A stretch of DNA of 64,000 nucleotides from Chthoniobacterales bacterium (GCA_025929155.1 JAICMR010000002.1:3511-67510), one strand, 5' to 3'. Positions 1 through 8,814 are shown, counted from the stretch's first letter. Program-made: numbers and translations. The notes: generated from the sequence alone by a model not told the origin.

Positions 1-271
1 TCGACACTGCGATCTTGGTCGCCAGCGGGCTCCAGCTTTTCGGCACCTCGATATCTTCCTGTTTAAAGATCACCTTGCCGCCGTCGTCGGTGATTTCCGC
101 CGTGCGCCGGTCCCATTCCACCTCGTCGAACGGCGAGACGCCCGGATTGCTGAAGACGCGCTCGAAACGCAAACCGCGCGGCTTCTTGTTTTTGGCTTTG
201 CGGCGGCGGGCGAGAGATTTGCGTTCCTGAGCGAGCGTGGCGGGTTGGAGACCGGGTTTGAGTTGGATCAT
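1..271 (-). CDS. nrdJ: Class II (adenosylcobalamin-dependent) ribonucleotide reductase, first 90 codons; gene runs off the left edge
   Basis: Minus-strand ORF absent from the ORF track because it has no stop in the window. ATG at 271-269. My translation: MIQLKPGLQPATLAQERKSLARRRKAKNKKPRGLRFERVFSNPGVSPFDEVEWDRRTAEITDDGGKVIFKQEDIEVPKSWSPLATKIAVS. The RFERVFS..PGV.PFDEVEW..R.A.I....G..IF.Q..VEVP.SWS.LAT.I pattern is the usual N-terminus of B12-dependent RNR. Confidence 0.75.
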   Translation of the reverse strand, partial: MIQLKPGLQPATLAQERKSLARRRKAKNKKPRGLRFERVFSNPGVSPFDEVEWDRRTAEITDDGGKVIFKQEDIEVPKSWSPLATKIAVS

Positions 272-330
272 TGGGCGAGGCGGGTTAAGGATTGTGAATA
301 GCGGTGAGTTCGCCTCTGAAACTTCCCGTG

Positions 331-365
331 AATATCGTGTGAACAGAGCCTAACAACACGATATT
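331..365. promoter_or_regulatory. Perfect 10-bp inverted repeat AATATCGTGT-N15-ACACGATATT about 60-95 nt upstream of the nrdJ ATG; candidate operator (NrdR half-box-like) or leader hairpin
   Basis: 331-340 aatatcgtgt and 356-365 acacgatatt are exact reverse complements. Each arm matches the ACAC.ATAT half of the NrdR-box consensus as I recall it, but neither forms a full 16-bp palindromic box. Confidence 0.3.
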
Positions 366-521
366 GGGGAGCGGCTTCAGCGGGACCCCAACATAACGGT
401 CCGCAACGGACCATCGGCAAGCATAAAATTCGACTTTTTTCGAGGCTCGTTTTCCCTCTCGACCTAACGAAAAATCGCGCCCAAAACCCGCGGATTTCTC
501 GCCAAACAGGCTGAAGAAGTT

Positions 522-568
522 GTCGTCTCGAGCGGAGTCCCGCGCACGTCGGATGAAGTCGAAGGATC
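522..568. repeat. Diverged partial copy of the palindromic element family inside the nrdJ upstream region
   Basis: GTCGTCTCGAGCGGAGTCCCGCGCACGTCGGATGAAGTCGAAGGATC resembles GTCATCCCGAGCGAAGCG..GGAGTCGAGGGATC. Confidence 0.35.
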
Positions 569-707
569 TTGGAAAGCTGTAACTTTTGTTCACTGGATTC
601 CTCAACTCCGCTCCGTTAGCTCGACGTGACGCGCTGACGCCCACACCAGACTGCGATTCGAGGATTGCAAAAAGGACGCGCCCTTGGATAATTGCACCTT
701 TCGTAAC

Positions 708-799
708 GGAAGGGTGGCTGAGCCCGGTTTAAGGCACTCGACTCGAAATCGAACGTGGGGTAAAACTCACCGTGGGTTCGAATCCCACCCCTTCCGCCA
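708..799 (+). tRNA. tRNA-Ser (anticodon CGA), class II with long variable arm, encoded CCA
   Basis: Acceptor GGAAGGG (708-714) pairs with CCCTTCC (789-795); discriminator G; CCA 797-799. Anticodon loop CT-CGA-AA, anticodon at 744-746. Variable-arm stem GTGGG/CTCAC. T arm GTGGG-TTCGAAT-CCCAC. Confidence 0.9.
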
Positions 800-1048
800 C
801 TCCTTCCCTCGGGCCTTTTTCCTGGCGAAGTTTTTGCTCACACGTTCGGGCCCTGGCGAACTTGCGCTCGTCAGACCCTGATCTTTGGTCCTGCACTTCC
901 ACTTACACTTGCATTCTGCCGCCGGCGGAACCCGGCGCCATTTGTGTTGTGGAATTGGAGGACAACGCGGAACCTCCTAACTGCCGCAGAAGCTCTTTCT
1001 CTGAAGGCACGTCAGTAGCTGATCCTCGCGCCAGCGCGGTTGGACTCG

Positions 1049-1996
1049 TCAGGCGCTCTGCACCAGCCGGCGCACCAGATCTTCCACGGTCACGATCCCC
1101 GTGAGCTGCCGGCGCGCATCAACGACCGCGGCGAGCGTGAGCCGCGCTGCGCGCAGGCGCCGGATGATCCGGTAGGCCGATTCGTTTTCCGCCGCGGTGA
1201 CGATCCGGCGGGTGTAATCGCGGAGCGCGCGGTGTGGTCGCGGGTCGAGCAAAATGTCGAACACATTCACGAGACCAAGAGCCCGCCCATTTTCGGAAAT
1301 GACGGGGACGCGATCGACCTCCGTTTGCGCGCTGAGCCGCAGCAAATCTGGCAGCGGCGTTTCCGGACCCACCGAGACCACGTCGCGCAGCGGGCGCATC
1401 ACGTCAGCCACTTTCACGGTGCGAAAATCGACCACGTTGTGGATCATCGCGCGCTCCGCGGAAGTAAGTGATCCCTGGAGTTCGCCTTCGACCGTGAGCT
1501 GCTTCAAATCTTCGCGAGCGGCAAAGATCCGCGGCTTCGTTTCCTTGCGCGGCAGGCAAAGTCCACCGAGGCGCGCGCCGAGTTCGATGAAGGGCGAGAA
1601 AAGTCGGGACGTAAATTCGAGCAGGCCGGTGAGCGCGGCCAAGGCGCGATATGGGAAGCGGCGGAAGAGCGACTTCGGCAGCACGCCGAGCATGAAGAGG
1701 TAGATCGGGCCAGCGAGGAGGAGCGCGACCAGATAACCCCAAGCGCCTAACGAGGCCACGAGCCGCCGGGTCAGCACGAGCAGGCCCGCGATGTCGGCCA
1801 GATTCGTCACCAGCAGGATGGTGACGAGAAGCCGCTCCGGCTTTTTCAGAAGCCGATGCAGCAGCATGGCCGAGTGGTTCCGCAACTTCACCTGATGGCG
1901 CAGGCGCACCTGGTCGAGAGAGAGAAGCCCAGCCTCAATCCCGGAAAAAACGAATGAGAGCATCCAGAAAAACGCGATCAGAAACCAGGCGCTCAT
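1049..1996 (-). CDS. CNNM/DUF21 + CBS-pair transporter-like protein (HlyC/CorC family, lacks the C-terminal CorC_HlyC domain)
   Basis: 315-aa ORF. N-terminal multi-TM DUF21 pattern (FSGIEAGLLSLD...), then a CBS-pair region (VADVMRPLRDVVSV...). Its start overlaps the upstream paralog's stop by 4 nt. Confidence 0.85.
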   Translation of the reverse strand: MSAWFLIAFFWMLSFVFSGIEAGLLSLDQVRLRHQVKLRNHSAMLLHRLLKKPERLLVTILLVTNLADIAGLLVLTRRLVASLGAWGYLVALLLAGPIYLFMLGVLPKSLFRRFPYRALAALTGLLEFTSRLFSPFIELGARLGGLCLPRKETKPRIFAAREDLKQLTVEGELQGSLTSAERAMIHNVVDFRTVKVADVMRPLRDVVSVGPETPLPDLLRLSAQTEVDRVPVISENGRALGLVNVFDILLDPRPHRALRDYTRRIVTAAENESAYRIIRRLRAARLTLAAVVDARRQLTGIVTVEDLVRRLVQSA

Positions 1997-3282
1997 GGTT
2001 CGAGAATCTCCGCGTCCTCCGGATTCTCCTCGGCGTGTGCGGCGGTTTTCTCGAGGAGCACTTCCTCGATGCGTTTCCGGCTCACGTGCTGGATGGTGAA
2101 GATGACTCGCGGCGTTTCCAACTTCGTCCCCGCTTTGGGCAGGTAACCGAGCCGGTTGAAAAGGTAACCGCCGATGGTGTCAATCCCGTCGGCTTCGAGA
2201 TCGAAACCGAGATACTCCGTGAGGTCGTCGAGCCGCGCGTTGCCGCTCGCGAGAATCCGCCCTTCCTCGAGCGGCTCAATGTAAAGATCGGCGTCGCCCA
2301 GCGGTGCCGCGTCGCTGATGATCTCTTCGATGATATCAGCGAGCGTGATGATTCCCTCGGTGCCGCCAAATTCATCCACCACGATGGCGAGACCCTGCGG
2401 CCGGGCGAGGAAACTTCGGAGCAAATCCGCCGCCGCCATCGTCTCGGGCACATACGACGGCGGGATCAACGTCTCGGGGTACGGCCGCGACGGATCGAGC
2501 AGAAAACGCTTCACGTCCACAATACCGACGACGTTGTCCGGCGTTTCAGCGTACACCGGCACGCGCCGATGCCGTCGCTCCCGAAAAAGCGCGATTGCTT
2601 CCTCGTTAGGCAAATCGTCCGGCACGGCGAACGTATCGACTCGCGGCGTCATGCAATCCTTGGCTGTCTTATCGCCGAGCTTGATGATTTCTTGGATCAT
2701 TTCCCCCTCGGCCTGCTGCAGAGTGCCTTCTTCCTCGCCCATTTCGACGAGCGTCTCGAGCTCTTCGTCGCTCATTTTTCGCCGCACCCGTAGCGAGGGC
2801 GGCGTCAGGCGATCGACCATGCCGGTACTGACATTTTCGAGCGCGCTGCCGACGCGGTCGAGAAACGGCATCAACACCTTGAGAGTGAAAACTCCGAGCT
2901 TCGAAAGCCGATACGGCGTCGAGAGCGCAAGGAGTTTCGGAATTAAATCGCAAAGCAGAACGATGACGGCGAAAATTGCGAGCGCCGCGAGCCACTCTGG
3001 GATGCGCCCGGCAATTGGGCCTTCCCAAATCAGGATCAGGCACAGAATCACGAGCGGCACATTCATGAGCGCGCCGCCGAGAAGGAGAACGTTGAGAACG
3101 CGGCGCGGGCTGTCGCGGAAAAGCGCGAGGAAATCGGTCAGCGAGGGATGCTGCTCGTGCAACCGCTGGATCTGGTGGCTTTTGAGCGAGAAAAGCGCCG
3201 TCTCCAGTCCCGAAAAAAGTGCCGAGCAAAAGACCAGGACAACGATCGCACCGACAAGAATCGCGGTGGTAACTGCAGTCAT
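1993..3282 (-). CDS. Hemolysin-family/CorC-type transporter (DUF21 + CBS pair + CorC_HlyC C-terminal domain)
   Basis: 429-aa ORF: LFSGLETALFSL (DUF21), CBS pair (AKDCMTPRVDTFAVPDD...), C-terminal transporter-associated domain (GNARLDDLTEYLGFDLEADGIDTIGGYLF). Confidence 0.9.
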   Translation of the reverse strand: MTAVTTAILVGAIVVLVFCSALFSGLETALFSLKSHQIQRLHEQHPSLTDFLALFRDSPRRVLNVLLLGGALMNVPLVILCLILIWEGPIAGRIPEWLAALAIFAVIVLLCDLIPKLLALSTPYRLSKLGVFTLKVLMPFLDRVGSALENVSTGMVDRLTPPSLRVRRKMSDEELETLVEMGEEEGTLQQAEGEMIQEIIKLGDKTAKDCMTPRVDTFAVPDDLPNEEAIALFRERRHRRVPVYAETPDNVVGIVDVKRFLLDPSRPYPETLIPPSYVPETMAAADLLRSFLARPQGLAIVVDEFGGTEGIITLADIIEEIISDAAPLGDADLYIEPLEEGRILASGNARLDDLTEYLGFDLEADGIDTIGGYLFNRLGYLPKAGTKLETPRVIFTIQHVSRKRIEEVLLEKTAAHAEENPEDAEILEP

Positions 3283-3380
3283 CCGCCGACTGTGGCCCGG
3301 CGTGAGCGCGAGCCCTCCGGTGCAAAAACTCTGCGTGCTCGGTTGCCGGTCATCTCTGCGGAAACGAGATTAAGCTCTCC

Positions 3381-3863
3381 GTGAACAAAGACCAAAGAAT
3401 TTCCCGGCTCGTCGAGGAGCTGAGCGGTGCGCCCGCAGGAAGCGGGAATGGTGAAATCGCGGAGCATCCCTGCTACGCAGCCTTCTTTCTTTGCTGGAAC
3501 GCGCAGCGTTACTACGAAGCGCATGACGTGCTCGAACACCTCTGGCTGCGCACGGAGAATGAGGACGCGAATTATTTCAAAGGCCTGATCCAGGCGGCTG
3601 GTGGCTTTGTGCATTTGCAGAAACAATTTGAGCGACCGACGCATCCGAAAGATGGGCGCCGGATGTTTCCGGCAGTGCGTCTGTTCCGGCTCGCCGAGAG
3701 AAACCTGCGGCCCTACGCGCCGGTGCGGCATCGCTTCGACATCGATAAATTTCTCTCTCTTTTGAACCGGCAAGTGAACGCGATCGTTGGTTCGGATCAT
3801 CAGCGCAATCCATGGAGTCCCGAGGTCGCGCCGAAGATTGCGCTCAACACCTCGGCCCGGTAA
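3381..3863 (+). CDS. DUF309-family protein
   Basis: 160-aa ORF with GTG start. FLCWNAQRYYEAHDVLEHLWL matches the DUF309 F..g.yyEaHe.lE..W signature as I recall it. Confidence 0.65.
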   Translation: MNKDQRISRLVEELSGAPAGSGNGEIAEHPCYAAFFLCWNAQRYYEAHDVLEHLWLRTENEDANYFKGLIQAAGGFVHLQKQFERPTHPKDGRRMFPAVRLFRLAERNLRPYAPVRHRFDIDKFLSLLNRQVNAIVGSDHQRNPWSPEVAPKIALNTSAR

Positions 3864-3905
3864 ATTTGCCCGGCGCATCCCGCACAGTGGCTGCAAGGCA
3901 AATTC

Positions 3906-3966
3906 GAGGAAATCCTTCGACTGCGTTGCGTTCGCTTCGCTCTCTCTTCACTCCGCTCAGGAGGAC
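3906..3966. repeat. Diverged copy of the GTCATCC...GAGCG palindromic intergenic element family
   Basis: Reverse complement reads GTCCTCCTGAGCGGAGTGAAGAGAGAGCGAAGCGAACGCAACGCAGTCGAAGGATTTCC, similar to the copies at 23877, 34047 and 35052. Lies between the DUF309 gene and the modC 3' end. Confidence 0.4.
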
Positions 3967-4032
3967 CGCAATTTCGCTCCGCGCTCTTCAGATCCTCCGG
4001 AGCGAGGCCTCTGCGCCCTTGCGTCTCTGCGG

Positions 4033-4686
4033 TTAATCTTTCAGCAGTTCCCTCGGCGCGCCGCGCCCAGTTATTTTCCCCCGCTCGATCAGCAACACCT
4101 CGTCGCACAACGCGATCGCTTCCGCGCGATCGTGGGTCACGTAAAGCATTGGAAGATCGAATTCGTTAGGCAACTCCCGCAGCTGCTCGAGAATCGGGTC
4201 GCGCAACTCTCGGTCGAGACCGGTCAGCGGCTCATCGAGCAGCAAGAGCCGCGGCTCCGAAAGCAGCGCGCGTCCAAGCGTGACGCGCTGCCGTTCACCA
4301 CGGGACAGTTGCCGCACATCGCGCGCCAGAAGTGAGGCGATCGCGAGGAACTGCGTCACCCGCTCGAGCGAAAACCGCGGGTTCTGCGCCTCCGCCCGTC
4401 GTCCGTAAAGGAGGTTGCGCCGCACGTCGAGGTTTGGGAAAAGCGAGTCATCCTGCGGCACGTAGCCGATTCGCCGCCGTCGCACCGGGAGATCGTGGAA
4501 GCTGGTGCCGTTAAATCGAATCTCGTGGCACGTGGCCTCACGCAAGCCGGCGATCGTCTCAAGGAGCGAAGTTTTTCCCGCACCTGACGGCCCGAAAATT
4601 CCGGTCCGGTCCGCCGTCAGCTCGAGATCGACTTCGAGGTCGAACCCGGAAAGGGGCAGTCGAATTTTGCCTAACGATAAGTTCAT
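4033..4686 (-). CDS. modC: Molybdate-type ABC transporter ATP-binding protein (short form, no TOBE domain)
   Basis: Start re-set to the ATG at 4686 (MNLSLGKIRLPLSGFDLEV...). Walker A GPSGAGKT, signature LSRGERQRV, Walker B LLLLDEP. ATGA overlap with the upstream modB stop. The ORF-track start at 4962 lies inside modB. Confidence 0.8.
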   Translation of the reverse strand: MNLSLGKIRLPLSGFDLEVDLELTADRTGIFGPSGAGKTSLLETIAGLREATCHEIRFNGTSFHDLPVRRRRIGYVPQDDSLFPNLDVRRNLLYGRRAEAQNPRFSLERVTQFLAIASLLARDVRQLSRGERQRVTLGRALLSEPRLLLLDEPLTGLDRELRDPILEQLRELPNEFDLPMLYVTHDRAEAIALCDEVLLIERGKITGRGAPRELLKD

Positions 4687-5402
4687 CGCGCCTCCCGTTT
4701 CCGGAGCAGCCATTCCGCGCTGAAAACGGCGCCGAACGCAATCACGACGCAGACGAGCAACAAGCGGTAAGCGGTCGCGTCGTGACCGAGCTGCACCGCT
4801 TCGTAAATCCGGAGGGAGAGCGTCTGCGTCTCGCCCGGAATATTTCCCGCGAGCAGGATCGTCGCGCCGAATTCCCCGACCGCGCGCGCGAACGCGAGCA
4901 AAACCCCTCCGCAAATCGCGCGCCCGGCCAACGGGAGCGAGATCGTCCAGAAGACGCGCCATTCACCGGCGCCAAGGGTGCGCGCCATTTGTTCGTAGCG
5001 TCGATTGACTTCTTGAAAGCCGACGCGGGCGGCGCGCACGAGGAGCGGGAACGACATCACGGCGGCAGCAATCACCACCGCCCGCCAGGTAAAAACGATG
5101 TCGAGATGGAACACGCGATGGAGCCAACCGCCTAACGAACCACGCCGCCCAAGGAGCTTGAGCAAAATGAGACCGGTCGCGACCGGCGGCATCACGAGTG
5201 GCAGCGTGACGATCGTTTCGACGACTGATTTTCCAAACCACCGCGGCCGCGCGAGAAGCCAGGCGACGCCGAGGCCGAAGGGCAGAATCAGGAGGGTACT
5301 GCCCGCGCAAGCCACGAGCGTGAACCGCACCGCCTGCCATTCGTCGGGTTGCACCGGCGAATCTTCCGCAGAGCGCGTCGTGAGCACAAGCCGTCTTCCC
5401 AT
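4683..5402 (-). CDS. modB: Molybdate ABC transporter permease
   Basis: TLPLVMPPVATGLILL, ...ARTLGAGEWRVFWTISLPLA... and FARAVGEFGATILLAGNIPGETQTLSL are the typical ModB (CysTW family) motifs. ATG at 5402-5400 preceded by GGAGCAGGAG. Confidence 0.9.
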   Translation of the reverse strand: MGRRLVLTTRSAEDSPVQPDEWQAVRFTLVACAGSTLLILPFGLGVAWLLARPRWFGKSVVETIVTLPLVMPPVATGLILLKLLGRRGSLGGWLHRVFHLDIVFTWRAVVIAAAVMSFPLLVRAARVGFQEVNRRYEQMARTLGAGEWRVFWTISLPLAGRAICGGVLLAFARAVGEFGATILLAGNIPGETQTLSLRIYEAVQLGHDATAYRLLLVCVVIAFGAVFSAEWLLRKREAR

Positions 5403-5654
5403 CAACTCCTGCTCCTGCTCCTAATCACTTTGCAGTGAATTGGCAGCAGGAGTTGTTTGGTGGGGTAGCCAGCAGCCCGCTGCGTCATCCAACGAAGCGG
5501 GAGGCCAAGTGGAGGGCTCTGTTGGGCTTCTTGGCGGCTCCGTCTGAAAAGATCGTGCAACGGGAACTTTAATGAAACTTCAAGGGATCCCTCGGCTGCG
5601 CTGCCTCCGATCGGGATACATCGCGCGTATGCCGATTCGCCCTTAAGCTGCGCC
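5403..5654 (-). promoter_or_regulatory. About 250-nt structured leader of modBC; candidate molybdenum-cofactor (Moco) riboswitch with an SD-sequestering helix
   Basis: No credible ORF. On the mRNA strand, CAACUCCUGC (5455-5446) is the exact complement of GCAGGAGUUG (5412-5403), which contains the SD and abuts the ATG. Upstream there are CCGAG and GCCUCCC (5505-5499) elements that I recall from the Moco RNA motif. Confidence 0.3.
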
Positions 5655-7835
5655 GTGACTCCAAGACCCACTCCCACCGCCAAAATTCAGCCCGCGCAAT
5701 CGGCGCACGCGAACCGGCTCATCGGCGAGAAATCGCCTTACCTTCTCCAGCACGCGCACAACCCGGTTGATTGGTATCCGTGGGGCGAGGAAGCTTTCGC
5801 CAAGGCGCGGAACGAGAATAAACCGATCTTCCTCTCGATCGGTTATTCCACCTGTCATTGGTGCCACGTCATGGAGCGCGAGGAGTTCGAAAAACCGGAC
5901 GTCGCCGCCGTGATGAACGCAGGCTTCGTGAACATCAAAGTCGATCGCGAAGAGCGTCCGGACGTCGATCGGGTTTACATGGCATTCGTCCAGGCGACCA
6001 CGGGCGGCGGCGGCTGGCCGATGAGCGTGTGGCTTACGCCAGAGCTGAAGCCGTTCGTCGGCGGCACTTATTTCCCGCCAGAAGATCGCTACGGCCAGCC
6101 CGGCTTCACCAAAGTGCTCAAGCGCATCGCGGAGGCGTGGGAAAAAGATCAGGGCAAAATCGTTGAGAGCGGCGACCAGATCGTGGCCGCCCTCGCCAAG
6201 GCCAGCGCATCCCCGCCTGACGAGACGGCCAGGCCTAACGAAAAGATTCTCACCACCGCGGCCGATCAGCTTTCGCATCAGTTCGACCAGGCCGAGGGCG
6301 GCTTCGGCGGCGCGCCGAAGTTCCCGCGGCCGGTCACGCTGAATTTCCTCTTCCACAGATCCGCGCGCGCAGGCGCCAATTCCGATGCTGGTCAGCAGGC
6401 GCTCATGATGAGCCTGTTCACGCTCCGCAAAATGGCTGCGGGCGGCATGCATGATCAGCTCGGCGGCGGTTTCCATCGGTATTCCGTGGACGCGCTCTGG
6501 CGCGTCCCGCACTTCGAGAAAATGCTTTACGACCAGGCGCAGCTCGCGAGCGCTTATGTGACGGCCTTTCAAATCACTCGCGAGCCGGCTTTTGAGAAAG
6601 TGGCCCGCGACACGCTCGATTATGTGCGCCGCGACCTGTCTTCACCCGAGGGCGGGTTTTATTCCGCCGAAGACGCCGATAGTCTGCCCAACGAAGCGTC
6701 GATCGAGAAAAAGGAAGGCGCTTTCTACGTCTGGACGAAAGAAGAGATCGACGAGGTGCTCGGCACTCCGGCGGCCGCGATTTTCAACTTTCGATACGGA
6801 GTCGAAGCGCGCGGCAACACGCCGGAAGGAAGCGATCCGCACAGTGAACTCCGGAATCAAAATGTGCTCTTCGTGCAGCATTCACTCGCGGAAACGGCGA
6901 AGCATTTCGAGCTGAACGAAGAGGAAATCGCGGAGTCGTTAGGCCAGAGCTCAATGCAGCTTCTCGCGATCCGCCAAAAACGGCCGCGTCCGCATCTCGA
7001 CGACAAGATCATCACCGCATGGAACGGCCTGATGATTTCCGCTTACGCGCGCGCCGCGCAGGTCTTCGGCGATGGTCAGTTCCTGACCGCGGCCACGAAA
7101 GCGGCCGGGTTTCTCAGGCAGAAACTTTATCGTGAGTCCGAGCAGACGCTGCTGCGCAGCTATCGCGGCGGGCCGGCGGAGATTCTGGGCTTCGCGGATG
7201 ATTATGCGTTCTACATCCAGAGTCTGATCGATCTCTATGAGGCGTCGTTCGACGTGCAATGGCTTCGGCTGGCCGAGCAATTGCAGGCGACGCAGGACCG
7301 GCTTTTCTGGGATGAAACGAACGGCGGCTATTTCACCAGCACGGGGAAGGACGCGAGCATTTTGCTGCGGATGAAGGAGGATAACGACAACGCCGAACCC
7401 GCTCCGAGTTCGGTCGCGGCGCTCAATCTCTTCCGGCTCGCGCAGATCCGCAACGCGCCGGAAATGCGCGAGCGCGCCGAGGAAACGATCGCGGCTTTCG
7501 GGAGAGCTTTGCAGCACTACCCGACGGCGCTTCCGCAACTGCTCGTCGCCTTGGATTTTGGCCTAACGAAACCACGACAGATCATCATCGCCGGCCGAAG
7601 CGATGGCGCCGACACGCGCGCGCTCCTTGCGGAAGTGCGCCAGCACTACCTCCCCGACACGATCGTGCTCTTGGCGGACGGCTCGGAAGGCCAGCAGTAT
7701 CTCCAGGAAAAGCTCGAAGAGATTCGCGAGATGAAGCCGGGCGCAGGAAAAGCCGCAGCGTATGTCTGCGAGAATTTCACCTGCCACTCGCCGGTCACAT
7801 CGCCGGAAGAATTAGCCAAGTTGCTCCCAAAATAG
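5655..7835 (+). CDS. Thioredoxin-domain protein of the DUF255/YyaL (COG1331) family
   Basis: 726-aa ORF: [45 protein letters not shown], then a long alpha/alpha-toroid-like C-terminal part. Confidence 0.9.
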   Translation: MTPRPTPTAKIQPAQSAHANRLIGEKSPYLLQHAHNPVDWYPWGEEAFAKARNENKPIFLSIGYSTCHWCHVMEREEFEKPDVAAVMNAGFVNIKVDREERPDVDRVYMAFVQATTGGGGWPMSVWLTPELKPFVGGTYFPPEDRYGQPGFTKVLKRIAEAWEKDQGKIVESGDQIVAALAKASASPPDETARPNEKILTTAADQLSHQFDQAEGGFGGAPKFPRPVTLNFLFHRSARAGANSDAGQQALMMSLFTLRKMAAGGMHDQLGGGFHRYSVDALWRVPHFEKMLYDQAQLASAYVTAFQITREPAFEKVARDTLDYVRRDLSSPEGGFYSAEDADSLPNEASIEKKEGAFYVWTKEEIDEVLGTPAAAIFNFRYGVEARGNTPEGSDPHSELRNQNVLFVQHSLAETAKHFELNEEEIAESLGQSSMQLLAIRQKRPRPHLDDKIITAWNGLMISAYARAAQVFGDGQFLTAATKAAGFLRQKLYRESEQTLLRSYRGGPAEILGFADDYAFYIQSLIDLYEASFDVQWLRLAEQLQATQDRLFWDETNGGYFTSTGKDASILLRMKEDNDNAEPAPSSVAALNLFRLAQIRNAPEMRERAEETIAAFGRALQHYPTALPQLLVALDFGLTKPRQIIIAGRSDGADTRALLAEVRQHYLPDTIVLLADGSEGQQYLQEKLEEIREMKPGAGKAAAYVCENFTCHSPVTSPEELAKLLPK

Positions 7836-7880
7836 CGGAACGCTCGCGCTCTGCGCGCGATGCCATCGTTTCCGTGCAGC

Positions 7881-7920
7881 GCACTCGTCTCGAGTGCTGG
7901 CGACGGTGTCTCACCGTCGC
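7881..7920 (+). terminator. Two adjacent perfect hairpins, each with a TCT triloop, 46 nt downstream of the DUF255 gene stop
   Basis: GCACTCG-TCT-CGAGTGC (7881-7897) and GCGACGGTG-TCT-CACCGTCGC (7900-7920). No T-tract follows, so terminator function is uncertain. Confidence 0.3.
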
Positions 7921-8056
7921 GAACCTGGCTACGGCCACCGTTTCCATCTGACGCTGACCCGCATGGAAAAGTTCGCCGTCCTCGAACAGCGCGACCAGCA
8001 CGCGAGACGCGTGGGCTACCCGAGCACCGGCATTCAAAATCAAGTCCGACTTCTCG

Positions 8057-8785
8057 TCAGGCCCCATTTCCAGTCACTCGTTCGACCGGTGGCGGCGTTG
8101 CCGGCCGCCGCCGCTTCAGCCGCATCCAGTTATTCCAGGTTTTTCGCATGGTGTCCTTCGGTGTCAGGTATTGCTGGTTAAGTTCGTTGTTTTTCACGAT
8201 TTGGGCCAAAATTCCGCCTAACGAGAAGTCTTCGGTGTTCAAAATCGTGTAGGCCGTTCCGATCGCCGAGTGATGATGCGAATCGCTCCCCGCAGTCATC
8301 GGCAGGCCGCGCATCTGGGCATACTTGAAGGCGTAGCTGTTGTAGCGCCGTAAAGTGGTCGCCGCGTTGAAGACTTCGAGCGCGTCGATCGACAGGTTTT
8401 GCAAAGTCGAAAACCGAATTCCGGCCCGGAACAAATCATAGGGATGCGGCGGAATCGCCAGCCCGCCGCGCTCGTGAATCAGCTCGCAAACCTCTCGCGC
8501 CGGTCGCCCTTTCAGATACGGCAGCGATGCACCGATCGAGAGCAAGTGGCCTTCCGCGGTCGTGACCTCGACCCCAGGAATGATGAGGAACCCATCCACC
8601 GGCTCCCCATCCTCGCGGATCAGGCCTTTGGCGCGCAGATAATCGACGCCGTCGTTCGTGTTGTGATCGGTCAGCGCAAAACCATCGAGGCCCTTGGCGC
8701 GCGCCGACGCGATGTTTTCTTCCGGACTGGAAACGCCGTCGCCGGAAAAGAACGAGTGCGTGTGCAGGTCGATCTTGAAGGGCAT
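8057..8785 (-). CDS. PHP-domain metal-dependent phosphoesterase
   Basis: MPFKIDLHTHSFFSGDG...GLDGFALTDHNT...GSDSHH: the typical PHP His/Asp motifs. Confidence 0.85.
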   Translation of the reverse strand: MPFKIDLHTHSFFSGDGVSSPEENIASARAKGLDGFALTDHNTNDGVDYLRAKGLIREDGEPVDGFLIIPGVEVTTAEGHLLSIGASLPYLKGRPAREVCELIHERGGLAIPPHPYDLFRAGIRFSTLQNLSIDALEVFNAATTLRRYNSYAFKYAQMRGLPMTAGSDSHHHSAIGTAYTILNTEDFSLGGILAQIVKNNELNQQYLTPKDTMRKTWNNWMRLKRRRPATPPPVERVTGNGA

Positions 8786-8814
8786 TGTCAGGAGGCTAGT
8801 TTGCGCGCCGGGAA

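Noticed and set aside
285-644. 119-aa minus-strand ORF in the nrdJ upstream region
   Set aside because: It has no motifs, spans a repeat-element copy and the inverted repeat, and would be co-directional with and immediately upstream of nrdJ without an RBS. More likely a non-coding leader.
272-707. Cobalamin riboswitch upstream of the B12-dependent nrdJ
   Set aside because: I looked for a B12-box-like GCCACUG core on the minus strand and did not find one. B12 riboswitches also normally control B12-independent isozymes, not nrdJ. This was not excluded by a proper covariance-model search.
800-1048. Possible genomic island or integration site next to tRNA-Ser
   Set aside because: There is only about 250 nt of non-coding DNA before an ordinary CNNM gene. 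I saw no integrase and no direct repeat of the tRNA 3' end.
5643-6572. Long antisense ORFs from the ORF track. Examples are 5643..6572 -, 1954..2793 +, 2318..3373 +, 16785..17699 -, 19004..19843 +, 20215..20979 -, 50395..51384 -, 61085..61888 +, 61791..62540 -, 63008..63850 -.
   Set aside because: Each lies opposite a gene with strong family motifs. Their products are Arg/Ala/Pro/Gly-rich with no recognisable domains. This is the usual stop-poor antisense artefact of high-GC DNA.
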